IMG/VR virus record: IMGVR_UViG_3300036790_000265
Coordinates: 1 to 64,000 of that record
Strand: one strand, 5' to 3'
Source of the DNA: a virus
Taxonomy: Duplodnaviria > Heunggongvirae > Uroviricota > Caudoviricetes
Length of the DNA stretch: 64,000 bases
Below the pieces are notes generated by a model, which had not been told where the DNA came from, made no database searches, and saw nothing but the letters and a program-made list of their open reading frames with translations. The stretch's first letter is position 1, and each line of letters begins with the position of its first letter. A program made the position numbers and the translations under genes. Positions 44,683-53,465 of the stretch are shown here, in pieces.

Positions 44683-45222
44683 TCAGGCGGCGGCTGACGC
44701 CCCCGCCGGCGTGGCGTAACGGACTGCCAGGTCCCGCCATCGCTGGTACCGGGCAACCTCACCCGGCTCATTGATCAGCGTTTTACCATCGATCTCACCT
44801 GTGGCCGTGAACCGCATCACGATCACGGCCGCGTCGTCGAGCAGCCACCAGTCATGCTCCAGCGGCAACCCGGCCTCCCGCGCGCGGGAGCGTGCCAGGT
44901 AGCTGATCCGCTCCCCCGCCTCGGCGTGCCAGGGATCGGCTGCCATAAGCCACCGCTGGTAGTCGCTCGGCGGCTCGGCGAGGATGCGGACACGGCTCAT
45001 CACGCGGCCTTCGCGGGTGAGCTGGGCCACCTGGTCGAGCCACGGCCGCCACCAGTCCACCTCGAGCGGGTTGACTGTCCCGGTGGCGAGGAAGCTTTCG
45101 AAGTCGGCCCGTTCGTAGTCCAGGGCGTAGGCGTCGAGAGTTTCAAGCCGGAACGCTGAGCGGCTGTACCCGGCCAGGAGCCGGTTGAACTCTTCTTCGG
45201 TGACCGGGGTGCCGGACGTCAC
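44683..45222 (-). CDS. hypothetical protein
   Basis: GTG start in a GTGA overlap. Confidence 0.4.
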   Translation of the reverse strand: MTSGTPVTEEEFNRLLAGYSRSAFRLETLDAYALDYERADFESFLATGTVNPLEVDWWRPWLDQVAQLTREGRVMSRVRILAEPPSDYQRWLMAADPWHAEAGERISYLARSRAREAGLPLEHDWWLLDDAAVIVMRFTATGEIDGKTLINEPGEVARYQRWRDLAVRYATPAGASAAA

Positions 45223-45422
45223 GAGGTCAGGCCGTCGATCACGTCGGCGGGCACCCAAACACCGTCCTCGTCGTTGCCGAGGTCGCGCAGCTGGGCTCGT
45301 ACCTCGTCGGTCAGGCGCTTGCCTTGGATGACGTAGCCGCCTTCGGCGCTGGTCACCTTGTAGCGGGCTGGGCAATTGCCGGTCGCCGAGCTTGCCGTCT
45401 TCCACTGGAACTGGATCTTCAT
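45219..45422 (-). CDS. DUF397-like small protein
   Basis: FQWKTASSATGNCPARYKV resembles the DUF397 WRKSSYS..GNCVEV motif; GGAGGAG RBS. Confidence 0.4.
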   Translation of the reverse strand: MKIQFQWKTASSATGNCPARYKVTSAEGGYVIQGKRLTDEVRAQLRDLGNDEDGVWVPADVIDGLTS

Positions 45423-45480
45423 CGCTGGACTCCTCCGATGTTCTCGGGTGCCTGGTTCCGTTCTCGATTGTTCTTCATAA

Positions 45481-45553
45481 CCCCCCACCGCGTCCAGCCT
45501 GCGGTGGGGGGCCGGAACCTGGCTATCTCAGTGTAGAACATTGGCGAATGTTC
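45481..45553. promoter_or_regulatory. 11-bp perfect hairpin CCCCCCACCGC-n9-GCGGTGGGGGG plus palindrome GAACATTggcgAATGTTC upstream of the xis-like gene
   Basis: Read directly. Confidence 0.5.
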
Positions 45554-45582
45554 TTGACTGTTCTCCACCACGGACTTACGGT

Positions 45583-45840
45583 ATGTCCAGATCGGCAGAA
45601 CCGCCGAGAACACCCAATACGGCGAGATGGGCAGAAGCCTTGGACACTCCCCAGCAGGTCGAGGACGAGCTGCTGCCGCCTGCTGCGGTAGCCAAACGCT
45701 TCGGCGTGGATCCGCGCACGCTGCGCGGCTGGGCGGCGGCAGGGAAGATCAACGCCCGCCGCACGCTCGGCGGCCACCGCCGCTACCGGGCATCCGAGGT
45801 CAGCGCGTTGCTCGCCGCTACAGAAGCGGCCACATCATGA
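45583..45840 (+). CDS. xis: excisionase-family (MerR-like) HTH protein
   Basis: LLPPAAVAKRFGVDPRTLRGWAAAGKINARRTLGGHRRYRASEV. Confidence 0.7.
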   Translation: MSRSAEPPRTPNTARWAEALDTPQQVEDELLPPAAVAKRFGVDPRTLRGWAAAGKINARRTLGGHRRYRASEVSALLAATEAATS

Positions 45841-45924
45841 CTGGCCGCGCAAACAACAGCGGCCCAGGTGTGTCACCACCTGAGCCGCTCACAACCAGAA
45901 CCCCTGCTCGAAAGGGACTAGCCG

Positions 45925-46119
45925 ATGGCAACGGTAGCAATTCACCGCCCCCCAGCCAAGCATCATGTCGCCCGTGTGACCGCCGTCATGCTCCGGCGCC
46001 GGTTCAGGGAGGGCGACCGAGCCCCCTGCCACCGTACGGAACGGCTGGCCGACGACCCGCGGGAGCCCGCGAAGGTGTTCTGCCCCGAGGGCGGCGAACT
46101 GTACCTGCGGACGGCCTGA
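45925..46119 (+). CDS. small hypothetical protein
   Basis: AAAGGGA RBS. Confidence 0.35.
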   Translation: MATVAIHRPPAKHHVARVTAVMLRRRFREGDRAPCHRTERLADDPREPAKVFCPEGGELYLRTA

Positions 46120-46276
46120 TTACCCGAACCTCCCGATCGTCCCTGCCGGGCACCCGGCAGGGACCCGGAAGCCGTCAGGCGCGCGGACGCTGGGGCTTCG
46201 CCCCCGTCGCCCTGGCCGTGGCATCCACTCCCCGGGGTGCCTGCCGCGCGCCTGACGGCCGAAGGAGAACCGCCTG

Positions 46277-46810
46277 ATGGCCGGCAAGAACGGCGCAGGG
46301 AAGGCCCTGTTCGCAGCGTTCATCGTCGCCGGACTGGCCTCCGGAGCGCACGCTGGCGCAAGCACCGGCAGCCACAACGGAGGCGATCCCGACTCGATGG
46401 CGGCCACTCCCGCTGGTGCCGCCAACGCGACGAGCGCCGTCGCCTACGCCAAAGCGCAACTCGGTTGCCCGTACACGTGGGGTGGCACCGGGCCGTGCTC
46501 GGCCGGGTACGACTGCTCGGGCCTGGTGCAGCAGGCATGGGCGGCAGCTGGTGTGAGCATCGAGCGCACCGCTGACGAGCAGTGGAACTCGCTGCGTCAC
46601 ATCCCGGCCAGTCAGCGCGCGGTGGGGATGCTCGTGTTCGCGCCTGGGGCGGACGGTACATGGTCTGCACCGGGCCACGTCGGGATGCTTCTCGGCCGCT
46701 GGAGCGTGATCGAGGCTTACGCCACCGGCTACCCGATCAAGATCGTCTCGCTCAGCACCTTCGGCGCGAAAGCAGGCGGGATCATCGGCTACGCGGAGGT
46801 ACAGCAATGA
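46277..46810 (+). CDS. secreted NlpC/P60-family peptidoglycan endopeptidase
   Basis: Signal peptide; YAKAQLGCPYTWGGTGPCSAGYDCSGLVQQAWAAAGV...GHVGM. Confidence 0.85.
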   Translation: MAGKNGAGKALFAAFIVAGLASGAHAGASTGSHNGGDPDSMAATPAGAANATSAVAYAKAQLGCPYTWGGTGPCSAGYDCSGLVQQAWAAAGVSIERTADEQWNSLRHIPASQRAVGMLVFAPGADGTWSAPGHVGMLLGRWSVIEAYATGYPIKIVSLSTFGAKAGGIIGYAEVQQ

Positions 46811-47250
46811 CCCGCCTGCGCGGGGCCGCCGCCGCGGCCGTCGTCGGGATCACGCTGGCCGCAGTGTCGCAAAGCCACGGCGGCCACCAGGTCTTGACGC
46901 ACGTCGCCGCGGCCATGCAGCAACCGGGCACCAGTTCCACCAGCCCGGCCGCGAACAAGGCTCTCGCGGACCGGATGGCGGCCGCGGCCGGGTGGGACAG
47001 CCGGGAGATCGGCTGCCTGAACGAGGTCTGGCAGCGCGAGTCCGGGTTCCGGGTCACGGTGTGGAACTACCAGGGCGCGGACGCTTACGGCATCCCGCAG
47101 GCGAACCCCGCCGACAAGATGGCCAGCGCCGGCCCGGACTGGCGCACTGATCCCGCGACCCAGATCAAGTGGGGCCTCGGCTACATCAAGGATCTCTACG
47201 GCTCGCCCTGCGGGGCCTGGTCGCACGAAAAATCGCACGGCTGGTATTAG
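46807..47250 (+). CDS. secreted lysozyme-like / transglycosylase-like protein
   Basis: Signal peptide; CLNEVWQRESGFRVTVWNYQGADAYGIPQANP. Confidence 0.5.
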   Translation: MTRLRGAAAAAVVGITLAAVSQSHGGHQVLTHVAAAMQQPGTSSTSPAANKALADRMAAAAGWDSREIGCLNEVWQRESGFRVTVWNYQGADAYGIPQANPADKMASAGPDWRTDPATQIKWGLGYIKDLYGSPCGAWSHEKSHGWY

Positions 47251-47287
47251 GCCAGCCGGCACCAACCAAGGAAGGGAACCACCCGCC

Positions 47288-47539
47288 ATGTCTGGCACCA
47301 CCACCGCAGTTGCACAAAAGCTGCATCCGGTCGTCCTGACCGCGCACAAGGTCACGCTCACCGCGCTGGCCCCGGCTAAGCACGCCGTGACCAACGCGTG
47401 GGCCGACCAGCCTGGCCACCCGCACATGACCCCGAACGAGGGGGCCGTTCTCGCCGGCGTGATCCTGCTCCTCATCGTGATCGGGGTCATCTTCGCCATC
47501 TCCACCGCCATCTCCACCGCCATCGACTCTCGCCGCTGA
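47288..47539 (+). CDS. small membrane protein
   Basis: TM LAGVILLLIVIGVIFAI. Confidence 0.45.
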   Translation: MSGTTTAVAQKLHPVVLTAHKVTLTALAPAKHAVTNAWADQPGHPHMTPNEGAVLAGVILLLIVIGVIFAISTAISTAIDSRR

Positions 47540-47557
47540 TCTTCGAAGGAACACCTG

Positions 47558-47884
47558 ATGGCTACCAGTGCTGCCGACCGCGCGGCCAACCGCGCCGAGT
47601 CGGTCGAGGTTGCCGTCAGGAGGCTCCTGGCCGAGGGCAACCCGCACGCGGCGCTGAACCTGGCGGTCGGGACATTCCAATCCGAGGCCGCCAAGGTCCG
47701 CCGCCGCCGCCCAGCCGACGCGGCGCTCATCGACGCCGAGCTGGCCGGGTCGCTCCTCGCGCTCGCGGCCCAACTCCACACCTACAAGCCGACCCGGCCA
47801 GCCGGACGCTCTCGGGTACCGGGCCCGGCTGACCTGCTCGCGATGCTCGACTCAAGCCTGGGAAAGGGGCAGACTCATGGGTGA
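47558..47884 (+). CDS. hypothetical protein
   Basis: GAAGGAA RBS. Confidence 0.45.
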   Translation: MATSAADRAANRAESVEVAVRRLLAEGNPHAALNLAVGTFQSEAAKVRRRRPADAALIDAELAGSLLALAAQLHTYKPTRPAGRSRVPGPADLLAMLDSSLGKGQTHG

Positions 47885-48371
47885 CCAGCTACCAGCCCTG
47901 CTGAGTTTCCTTCACGATGGGGAGACCTCTCCTGAGCCTGCCGCCCCGGCCGCGCCGGCCACAGACCCGGCGCCGCAGGCCACGCCCGCGGTGGCGTTGC
48001 GGGGTGGCCAGTTGAGCACGGGCGAGCAGGCGCGGGCGATCATGGAGCTGGCGTGGCGTAGCAGTCGCCGCCGCTGGCTGGACACCGTACGCCGGCAGGG
48101 CGGCGTCGTGAACTGGCTGATGTCCACTCAGCCGCCGAGCGTCCTCGACCAATGCGAGTACGCGCAGTCGCGGGCATGGGTTCCAGCCGGCCACGAAGGC
48201 AAGTTCGCCGAGAAAGAGGGCGTGATCTTCCACGCCACGATCGGCAGGGGCGGTGTCGCGCTCGGCAACGCCATCTCGGCTATCTGCTCGCGCCAAACCT
48301 CCTTCTGGATCGCGTTCTTCGCGTTCCTCCTCCTCGCGGTGACTGTGACCGCACTCATTCTGTTCGCCTGA
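47877..48371 (+). CDS. membrane-anchored hypothetical protein
   Basis: C-terminal TM. Confidence 0.45.
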   Translation: MGDQLPALLSFLHDGETSPEPAAPAAPATDPAPQATPAVALRGGQLSTGEQARAIMELAWRSSRRRWLDTVRRQGGVVNWLMSTQPPSVLDQCEYAQSRAWVPAGHEGKFAEKEGVIFHATIGRGGVALGNAISAICSRQTSFWIAFFAFLLLAVTVTALILFA

Positions 48372-48402
48372 CCAGCGGACCACCTCATCGTCTTAAGGAC
48401 TC

Positions 48403-49047
48403 GTGTTTGCCATGACCCCTGTGGCTTTTCTCGGCATAGGCGCAGCCGCCTTCGGCATCTGGACGTGGGCGTACCAGAAGATGCCCCGGTTCACCTGCGT
48501 GATGCTGCTCCTGGCCGGGTTCCTGCTCACGATCGGCGTTCCTGTCCTCCTGGACGCGCTCGCCCGCGCAATCGCCGGTAACGCCGGCACCATCGTTCTC
48601 GGCATCGTTGATCTGTGCGGCCTGTGGAGTTTCTGGCACGAGGTCGTCCGCAGGCACCTGCACCACCGGATCCGGACCCCGGCTCTGTCGCTGGTGCTCG
48701 GGGTGGCGCTCGTGTTGTCGTGGGCCAGCCTGACCAGCCTGCTCAGCGAGGCCGTGCACAGCCCCGTCCAGGCGGGGAGCGCGCTCAGCCACGCCACCAC
48801 TGCGGTACGTTCCGGCCACGCCGCCGCAGCGGTAACCCCGGACAAGCAAATGATCGTCCTGGTCGCCGCGGCTGTGTTGCTGGCTCTGCTGGTGATCGGC
48901 GGGTTCCGGGCCGAACGTGGCGGCCGTGGCCGCAGTTCCGCCCGCGGCGGTGCTAGCCGGGGCGGCAGCCCGGTCGCGAGCAGGATCCCGGTCGCTCCGA
49001 GCGGTGGCCGCCGGCCCGCCGCGCTGCCCGGGGGGAAGCGCCGGTAG
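48403..49047 (+). CDS. polytopic membrane protein
   Basis: 4-5 TM segments. Confidence 0.5.
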   Translation: MFAMTPVAFLGIGAAAFGIWTWAYQKMPRFTCVMLLLAGFLLTIGVPVLLDALARAIAGNAGTIVLGIVDLCGLWSFWHEVVRRHLHHRIRTPALSLVLGVALVLSWASLTSLLSEAVHSPVQAGSALSHATTAVRSGHAAAAVTPDKQMIVLVAAAVLLALLVIGGFRAERGGRGRSSARGGASRGGSPVASRIPVAPSGGRRPAALPGGKRR

Positions 49048-51183
49048 ATGAACAGCCGCTGGCACGACCACGACAACGATCAAGACGACGATCAGGCTGA
49101 GCCGCTGCCGCCGCCGCGGAGCGAGCTTCGGGCGCTCGTCGACCAGCACCGCGCCATCCTCACCCCGTTCGCGTGGATGGCCGCGGCCGAGCTGGTCGCG
49201 CTGACCGCCTGGGGGGTCCTGCACGGACTCGGCAGCCTCCTCCAGGTGATCATCGCTGCCGTGGTCGCGCGGCTGATCATCTGGCGGCGGACCCGGAGCC
49301 GCAGGAAGGGACACGGCAGCCGGACTCTCGTCTGGGCTCTCGGGTCGGCGTGGATGCTGATCGCGACGGTGGTCGGCCCGAGCCTGGTCGGCCAGCTCGT
49401 CCTGCTCGTCCTGCTCGTGTTCGGTGGCTCTATCGCGTCGGCGAAGCACTGGCTCAACAACCGGGTGCACCACACCGGACCGCGCACCCTCCGCGGCGAC
49501 ACCATCGACGACGAGGTCCCACCCGCTGACGATGACGTACCCGGTCGGCCTGTGCTGCATGTGGTCGCCGGGGAGCCGTACTCGAACCCGGTCGTACCCG
49601 CCGCCGGACCTGTACCCGCGAGCGCACCTGCGGGTGCACCCGGGACCGTACCCGCACCCGAACCTCCCTCGGGTGCGGGTACGGTCCAGACGGCCGGGTA
49701 CACCGCACCCGGGACGGGTGCGCTCAAGCCAGGTACGGCCCCGAAAGCACGCACATCGGCGTCGGACAGCATCCGCGAAGCGATCCAGACCGTACTCGAC
49801 GACTTCCAGGTGTCCGCCGACGTGTCGGGGTACGTCCGCGGCCCGGCGGTCACCCGGTACGAGATCGTCCCGGCTCCGGGGGTCAAGGTCGAGAAGGTCA
49901 CCGCCTTGTCCAAAAACATCTCGCTCGCGGTGAAAAGCGGCGCCGTGCGGATCCTGTCCCCGATCCCGGGGAAGTCCGCGATCGGGATCGAGATCCCCAA
50001 CACTGACCGTGAAGTAGTCAGCCTCGGTGACATCCTCCGCTCTCCCCTCGCGGCCTCTGACCATCACCCGCTGCTGGTCGGGCTAGGCAAAGACGTCGAA
50101 GGGCACGTGGTGGTGGCCAACCTCGGGAAGATGCCGCACATCCTGATCGCCGGCGCGACCGGCGCGGGCAAGTCCACCTGCATAAACACGTTGATCGTTT
50201 CCCTGCTGGCCAGGGCCACACCTGAGGAGTTGCGGCTGATCCTGATCGACCCGAAGCGGGTCGAGCTGGCCGCCTACCAGGGTGTGCCGCACCTGCTGAC
50301 CCCGATCGTCACCAACCCGAAGAAGGCCGCTGAGGCGCTGGAGTGGGTAGTCGGCGAGATGGAACGCCGCTACGACGCGATGGCCAGGCACGGGGTACGG
50401 AACATCACCGAATTCAACGTCAACGCGGGCAAGGGCATCCTGGTCGACCGCGAGACGCACAAGCCGGTCAGCCCGTACCCGTATCTGCTGGTGATCGTGG
50501 ACGAACTCGCCGACCTGATGATGGTCGCGCCGCGGGACGTGGAGGATTCGGTCGTCCGGATCACCCAGCTCGCCCGGGCGGCCGGCATCCACCTGGTGCT
50601 GGCCACCCAGCGGCCCAGCGTGGACGTGGTGACCGGCCTGATCAAGGCGAACGTGCCGTCGCGGCTGGCGTTCACCACTTCCAGCCTGGCGGACTCCCGC
50701 GTGATCCTGGACCAGCCCGGCGCGGAGAAACTTGGCGGCCAGGGCGACGCGCTGTTCCTTCCGATGGGTGCCAGCCGGGCGATCCGGCTGCAAGGCGCGT
50801 TCGTGAGCGACGACGAGATCGCGGCGGTTGTGCGCCAGTGCATCGCCCATGCGCCCCGGATGCCGCAACTCGAGCTCGTACCCGAGCCGGTACCAGTCAG
50901 CGGCCCGGCTGAGGCGCCGGTGGATGACACCGAGGTGGAGTTGCTGGCCACGGCGGCCGAACTGATCATCAGTACGCAGTTCGGTTCGACGTCGATGTTG
51001 CAACGGAAACTGCGGGTCGGGTTCGCGAAGGCTGGGCGGCTGATGGACCTGCTGGAGTCGCGGGGGATCGTCGGCCCGAGCGAAGGCTCCAAAGCTCGCG
51101 ACGTACTCAAACTGGCCGAGGAAGCTGCCGAGGTGGCTGATCGCATCCGGGCCGGCGAACCCGAGGTCAGGAGCGCAGGATGA
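49048..51183 (+). CDS. FtsK/SpoIIIE-family DNA translocase (Streptomyces TraB-like)
   Basis: N-terminal TMs; [19 protein letters not shown]; [12 protein letters not shown]; [15 protein letters not shown]; C-terminal gamma wHTH. Confidence 0.9.
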   Translation: MNSRWHDHDNDQDDDQAEPLPPPRSELRALVDQHRAILTPFAWMAAAELVALTAWGVLHGLGSLLQVIIAAVVARLIIWRRTRSRRKGHGSRTLVWALGSAWMLIATVVGPSLVGQLVLLVLLVFGGSIASAKHWLNNRVHHTGPRTLRGDTIDDEVPPADDDVPGRPVLHVVAGEPYSNPVVPAAGPVPASAPAGAPGTVPAPEPPSGAGTVQTAGYTAPGTGALKPGTAPKARTSASDSIREAIQTVLDDFQVSADVSGYVRGPAVTRYEIVPAPGVKVEKVTALSKNISLAVKSGAVRILSPIPGKSAIGIEIPNTDREVVSLGDILRSPLAASDHHPLLVGLGKDVEGHVVVANLGKMPHILIAGATGAGKSTCINTLIVSLLARATPEELRLILIDPKRVELAAYQGVPHLLTPIVTNPKKAAEALEWVVGEMERRYDAMARHGVRNITEFNVNAGKGILVDRETHKPVSPYPYLLVIVDELADLMMVAPRDVEDSVVRITQLARAAGIHLVLATQRPSVDVVTGLIKANVPSRLAFTTSSLADSRVILDQPGAEKLGGQGDALFLPMGASRAIRLQGAFVSDDEIAAVVRQCIAHAPRMPQLELVPEPVPVSGPAEAPVDDTEVELLATAAELIISTQFGSTSMLQRKLRVGFAKAGRLMDLLESRGIVGPSEGSKARDVLKLAEEAAEVADRIRAGEPEVRSAG

Positions 51184-51485
51184 CCCCGGCAGAGCTGATG
51201 GCCGCTGGCGTGCTGGCCGTGTTCATCCTGGTGGCCGGCTCGCGCCGGGTCCGGCACAGCGGCGCGGGCGCTGTCGCGTTCCTCGGCGCGGTCGCCTTGG
51301 TCGCGGTCGAGATCGCGAAGCACCAGCAGCCGGCCGCGGCCCGGCCGGTCGTCGTGACCCGCACAGTCGTCGAACACACCACGGCGAGTCACCCGGTGCT
51401 GTCGGGCTGGCCGCTGGTGGTGGTCATCGGCGTGGCCCTGGTGGTCGCGCTCGTCATCATGCTCAACATTCGATCAGGAGAATAG
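51180..51485 (+). CDS. membrane protein
   Basis: ATGA overlap with the FtsK-like gene; 3 TM. Confidence 0.5.
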   Translation: MTPAELMAAGVLAVFILVAGSRRVRHSGAGAVAFLGAVALVAVEIAKHQQPAAARPVVVTRTVVEHTTASHPVLSGWPLVVVIGVALVVALVIMLNIRSGE

Positions 51486-51496
51486 GCAAGATCATC

Positions 51497-51901
51497 ATGG
51501 GACTGTTCGGCCGACGAACCCGCAGTAACCCGGCCGCCGAAGCCGCGCAATGGCAGCCAGAAGAGTGGATCGGGACTTCCTTGCGGTACCTGAACGCTGC
51601 CCTGCCCGGGGCATCGGTCGATATCACCGCCGAGCCTGTCAACTACGAAGGCCCGTGGCGCGTGGAAATCCGGGCCGTCTGGACGGCTCCCGGGTGGCAG
51701 CACGAGCAGGGGGAACTCCTGGCCCTTGTCTACGACACCGACGAAGACGCAGAAGCGGACGCTGCCACGATCATGAAGTGGCTGGGCGAAGGCTGCGCCC
51801 CCGCCGAGTTGCTGCCGGACCTGCATAACGATCAGATGCTTGCACTCATCTGCGGGTGGGACGGTCAGCCGTTCTCCGTGGCCGAAGCCGGAATGATCTG
51901 A
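51497..51901 (+). CDS. tandem paralog 1 (MGLFGRR...WDGQPFS family)
   Basis: Shares N-terminal MGLF.R and C-terminal (F)EWDG.PF with the three following genes. Confidence 0.6.
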   Translation: MGLFGRRTRSNPAAEAAQWQPEEWIGTSLRYLNAALPGASVDITAEPVNYEGPWRVEIRAVWTAPGWQHEQGELLALVYDTDEDAEADAATIMKWLGEGCAPAELLPDLHNDQMLALICGWDGQPFSVAEAGMI

Positions 51902-52344
51902 TGGGACTGTTCAGCAGGAACCGCAGCGCCGCACCCCAGTGGAGGCCGGTGATTGGCGCCAGCGTGGATGTGACCGGTTACGAAGCGGACATGAACGATG
52001 AAGGGCAAGTGCCCGACCGCGCCTACCTGGTGATGTTCGGGATGGTTCATCCCGACGGTGCAGTGATCACTATCTGGACGTACGCCAGCTACACGGGCGA
52101 CGGCCGTTACTGTGTCAGGCTGCGTTACCGGTACACCTCCGAAGCTCACCCTGACTGGTCATTCACAGGGCACGCAGGTGACCCGCTGGAGGAGACCTAT
52201 CCTGACCCAGCCACCGCGGAATACGAAGCGGCAGCGTGGTCCGACAGCCTCGCAAGCGGGAGCCAGCCCACCATGGCCAACCTTCCGGAGGTCTTCGACT
52301 GGGACGGTCAGCCGTTCTCGGCGGCCCCGGCCGAGGTGATCTGA
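51901..52344 (+). CDS. tandem paralog 2
   Basis: TGATGGG junction; ITIWTY..Y...Y..RY core. Confidence 0.6.
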   Translation: MGLFSRNRSAAPQWRPVIGASVDVTGYEADMNDEGQVPDRAYLVMFGMVHPDGAVITIWTYASYTGDGRYCVRLRYRYTSEAHPDWSFTGHAGDPLEETYPDPATAEYEAAAWSDSLASGSQPTMANLPEVFDWDGQPFSAAPAEVI

Positions 52345-52766
52345 TGGGCCTGTTCGGGCGCACCCGCCAGGTCCAGGTGCAGACGGAGACCTGGCAGCCC
52401 CAGCCGGGGATGGGCCAGATCGCCAAGTCCTACGACATGGACGACGACCGCACCGAAGGCGGCAGCGCCTATGGGGTCACATTCGCCTTGGATGGCTCAC
52501 CGGGCGCCCAGATCACCGTCTGGACCTACATCACCCGGGCGCCGAGTCACTGGCCAGGCAAGTACACGGTCGGCTACCGGTGGGATCACATCTACCGAGG
52601 CCAGTCTGTGCAGACGTTCTACGGCGCGGACGAGCAGCCGTACAGGCGCTGGTCCGATTGTGATGAGGCTGCCCGCGCCGCCGCGCGTCAACTCGCCGAG
52701 ACTGTCCGCACCGTCCCGGCCGACGATGACCTGCCGTTTTTTGAGTGGGACGGGAGGCCGTTCTGA
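52344..52766 (+). CDS. tandem paralog 3
   Basis: As above. Confidence 0.6.
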   Translation: MGLFGRTRQVQVQTETWQPQPGMGQIAKSYDMDDDRTEGGSAYGVTFALDGSPGAQITVWTYITRAPSHWPGKYTVGYRWDHIYRGQSVQTFYGADEQPYRRWSDCDEAARAAARQLAETVRTVPADDDLPFFEWDGRPF

Positions 52767-53215
52767 TGGGGTTGTTCAACAGGCAACGGTCGGTGGCCGT
52801 CGAAACTGATTGCGCTGTATGGCAGCCGGTCAGCAGCCAGATCGACACGGTGCCCGGCTGCGAGATGGACGATCAGGGCTGCGCCGGCGACTACGCCTAC
52901 GGTGCCAGATTCGCCCTAGCCAGCGCCCCAGGCGCCACGATCACTGTCTGGTGTTATCCGGTCTACGGACCGCTGGACATGCTCGGGACCTATCAGATCG
53001 GCTACCGGCGCGACTACCACTTCGACCCCGGCGCTGGCCTTCCGTGGCACGCATCAGATTACGACGGAGACGCCGAGTTCTACGAGAGCCTGGATGAGTG
53101 CGCTGCGGTTGCTAGAGAGTGCGCGGTAACGCTCGCGGTGACACGCCGAGATGGCCTCACCTCGGACCCTGACGACAACAACCTGTTCTTCGAGTGGGAT
53201 GGGGTGCCGTTCTGA
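52766..53215 (+). CDS. tandem paralog 4
   Basis: As above. Confidence 0.6.
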   Translation: MGLFNRQRSVAVETDCAVWQPVSSQIDTVPGCEMDDQGCAGDYAYGARFALASAPGATITVWCYPVYGPLDMLGTYQIGYRRDYHFDPGAGLPWHASDYDGDAEFYESLDECAAVARECAVTLAVTRRDGLTSDPDDNNLFFEWDGVPF

Positions 53216-53255
53216 TGGGAGCGGGTGTGGTGTCGAATACGTTTGCGACGACACG

Positions 53256-53275
53256 CCGGCGGGGGAGCCCGCCGG
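53256..53275 (+). terminator. hairpin CCGGCGGG-ggag-CCCGCCGG after the paralog array
   Basis: 8-bp perfect inverted repeat. Confidence 0.35.
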
Positions 53276-53360
53276 GGTGGTCTGCCCTGTTTGACTGGCC
53301 GGGTGGCCGCAGCAACCCCTCCCCTGCCGACCCCGATCGGCCCCTCTCGGGGCTTCTACG

Positions 53361-53410
53361 CGCGGGTATACGCACACCCGCACACCCGCACACGCGTATG
53401 CGCGCGTAGC
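53361..53410. repeat. three 8-bp direct repeats CGCACACC/CGCACACC/CGCACACG flanked by an imperfect inverted repeat (GTATACGC...GCGTATGC)
   Basis: Read directly; candidate cis site (clt/iteron-like). Confidence 0.5.
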
Positions 53411-53465
53411 ACCGACCGACCGCGATTTTCAAGCATCCCCGCCCTGTAGAACCGAGGAGACCCCG

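Noticed and set aside
53194-53409. Fifth member of the MGLF...WDGxPF paralog array
   Set aside because: It shares the TGATGGG junction but lacks both conserved termini and the central core. It is probably non-coding or a decayed remnant.
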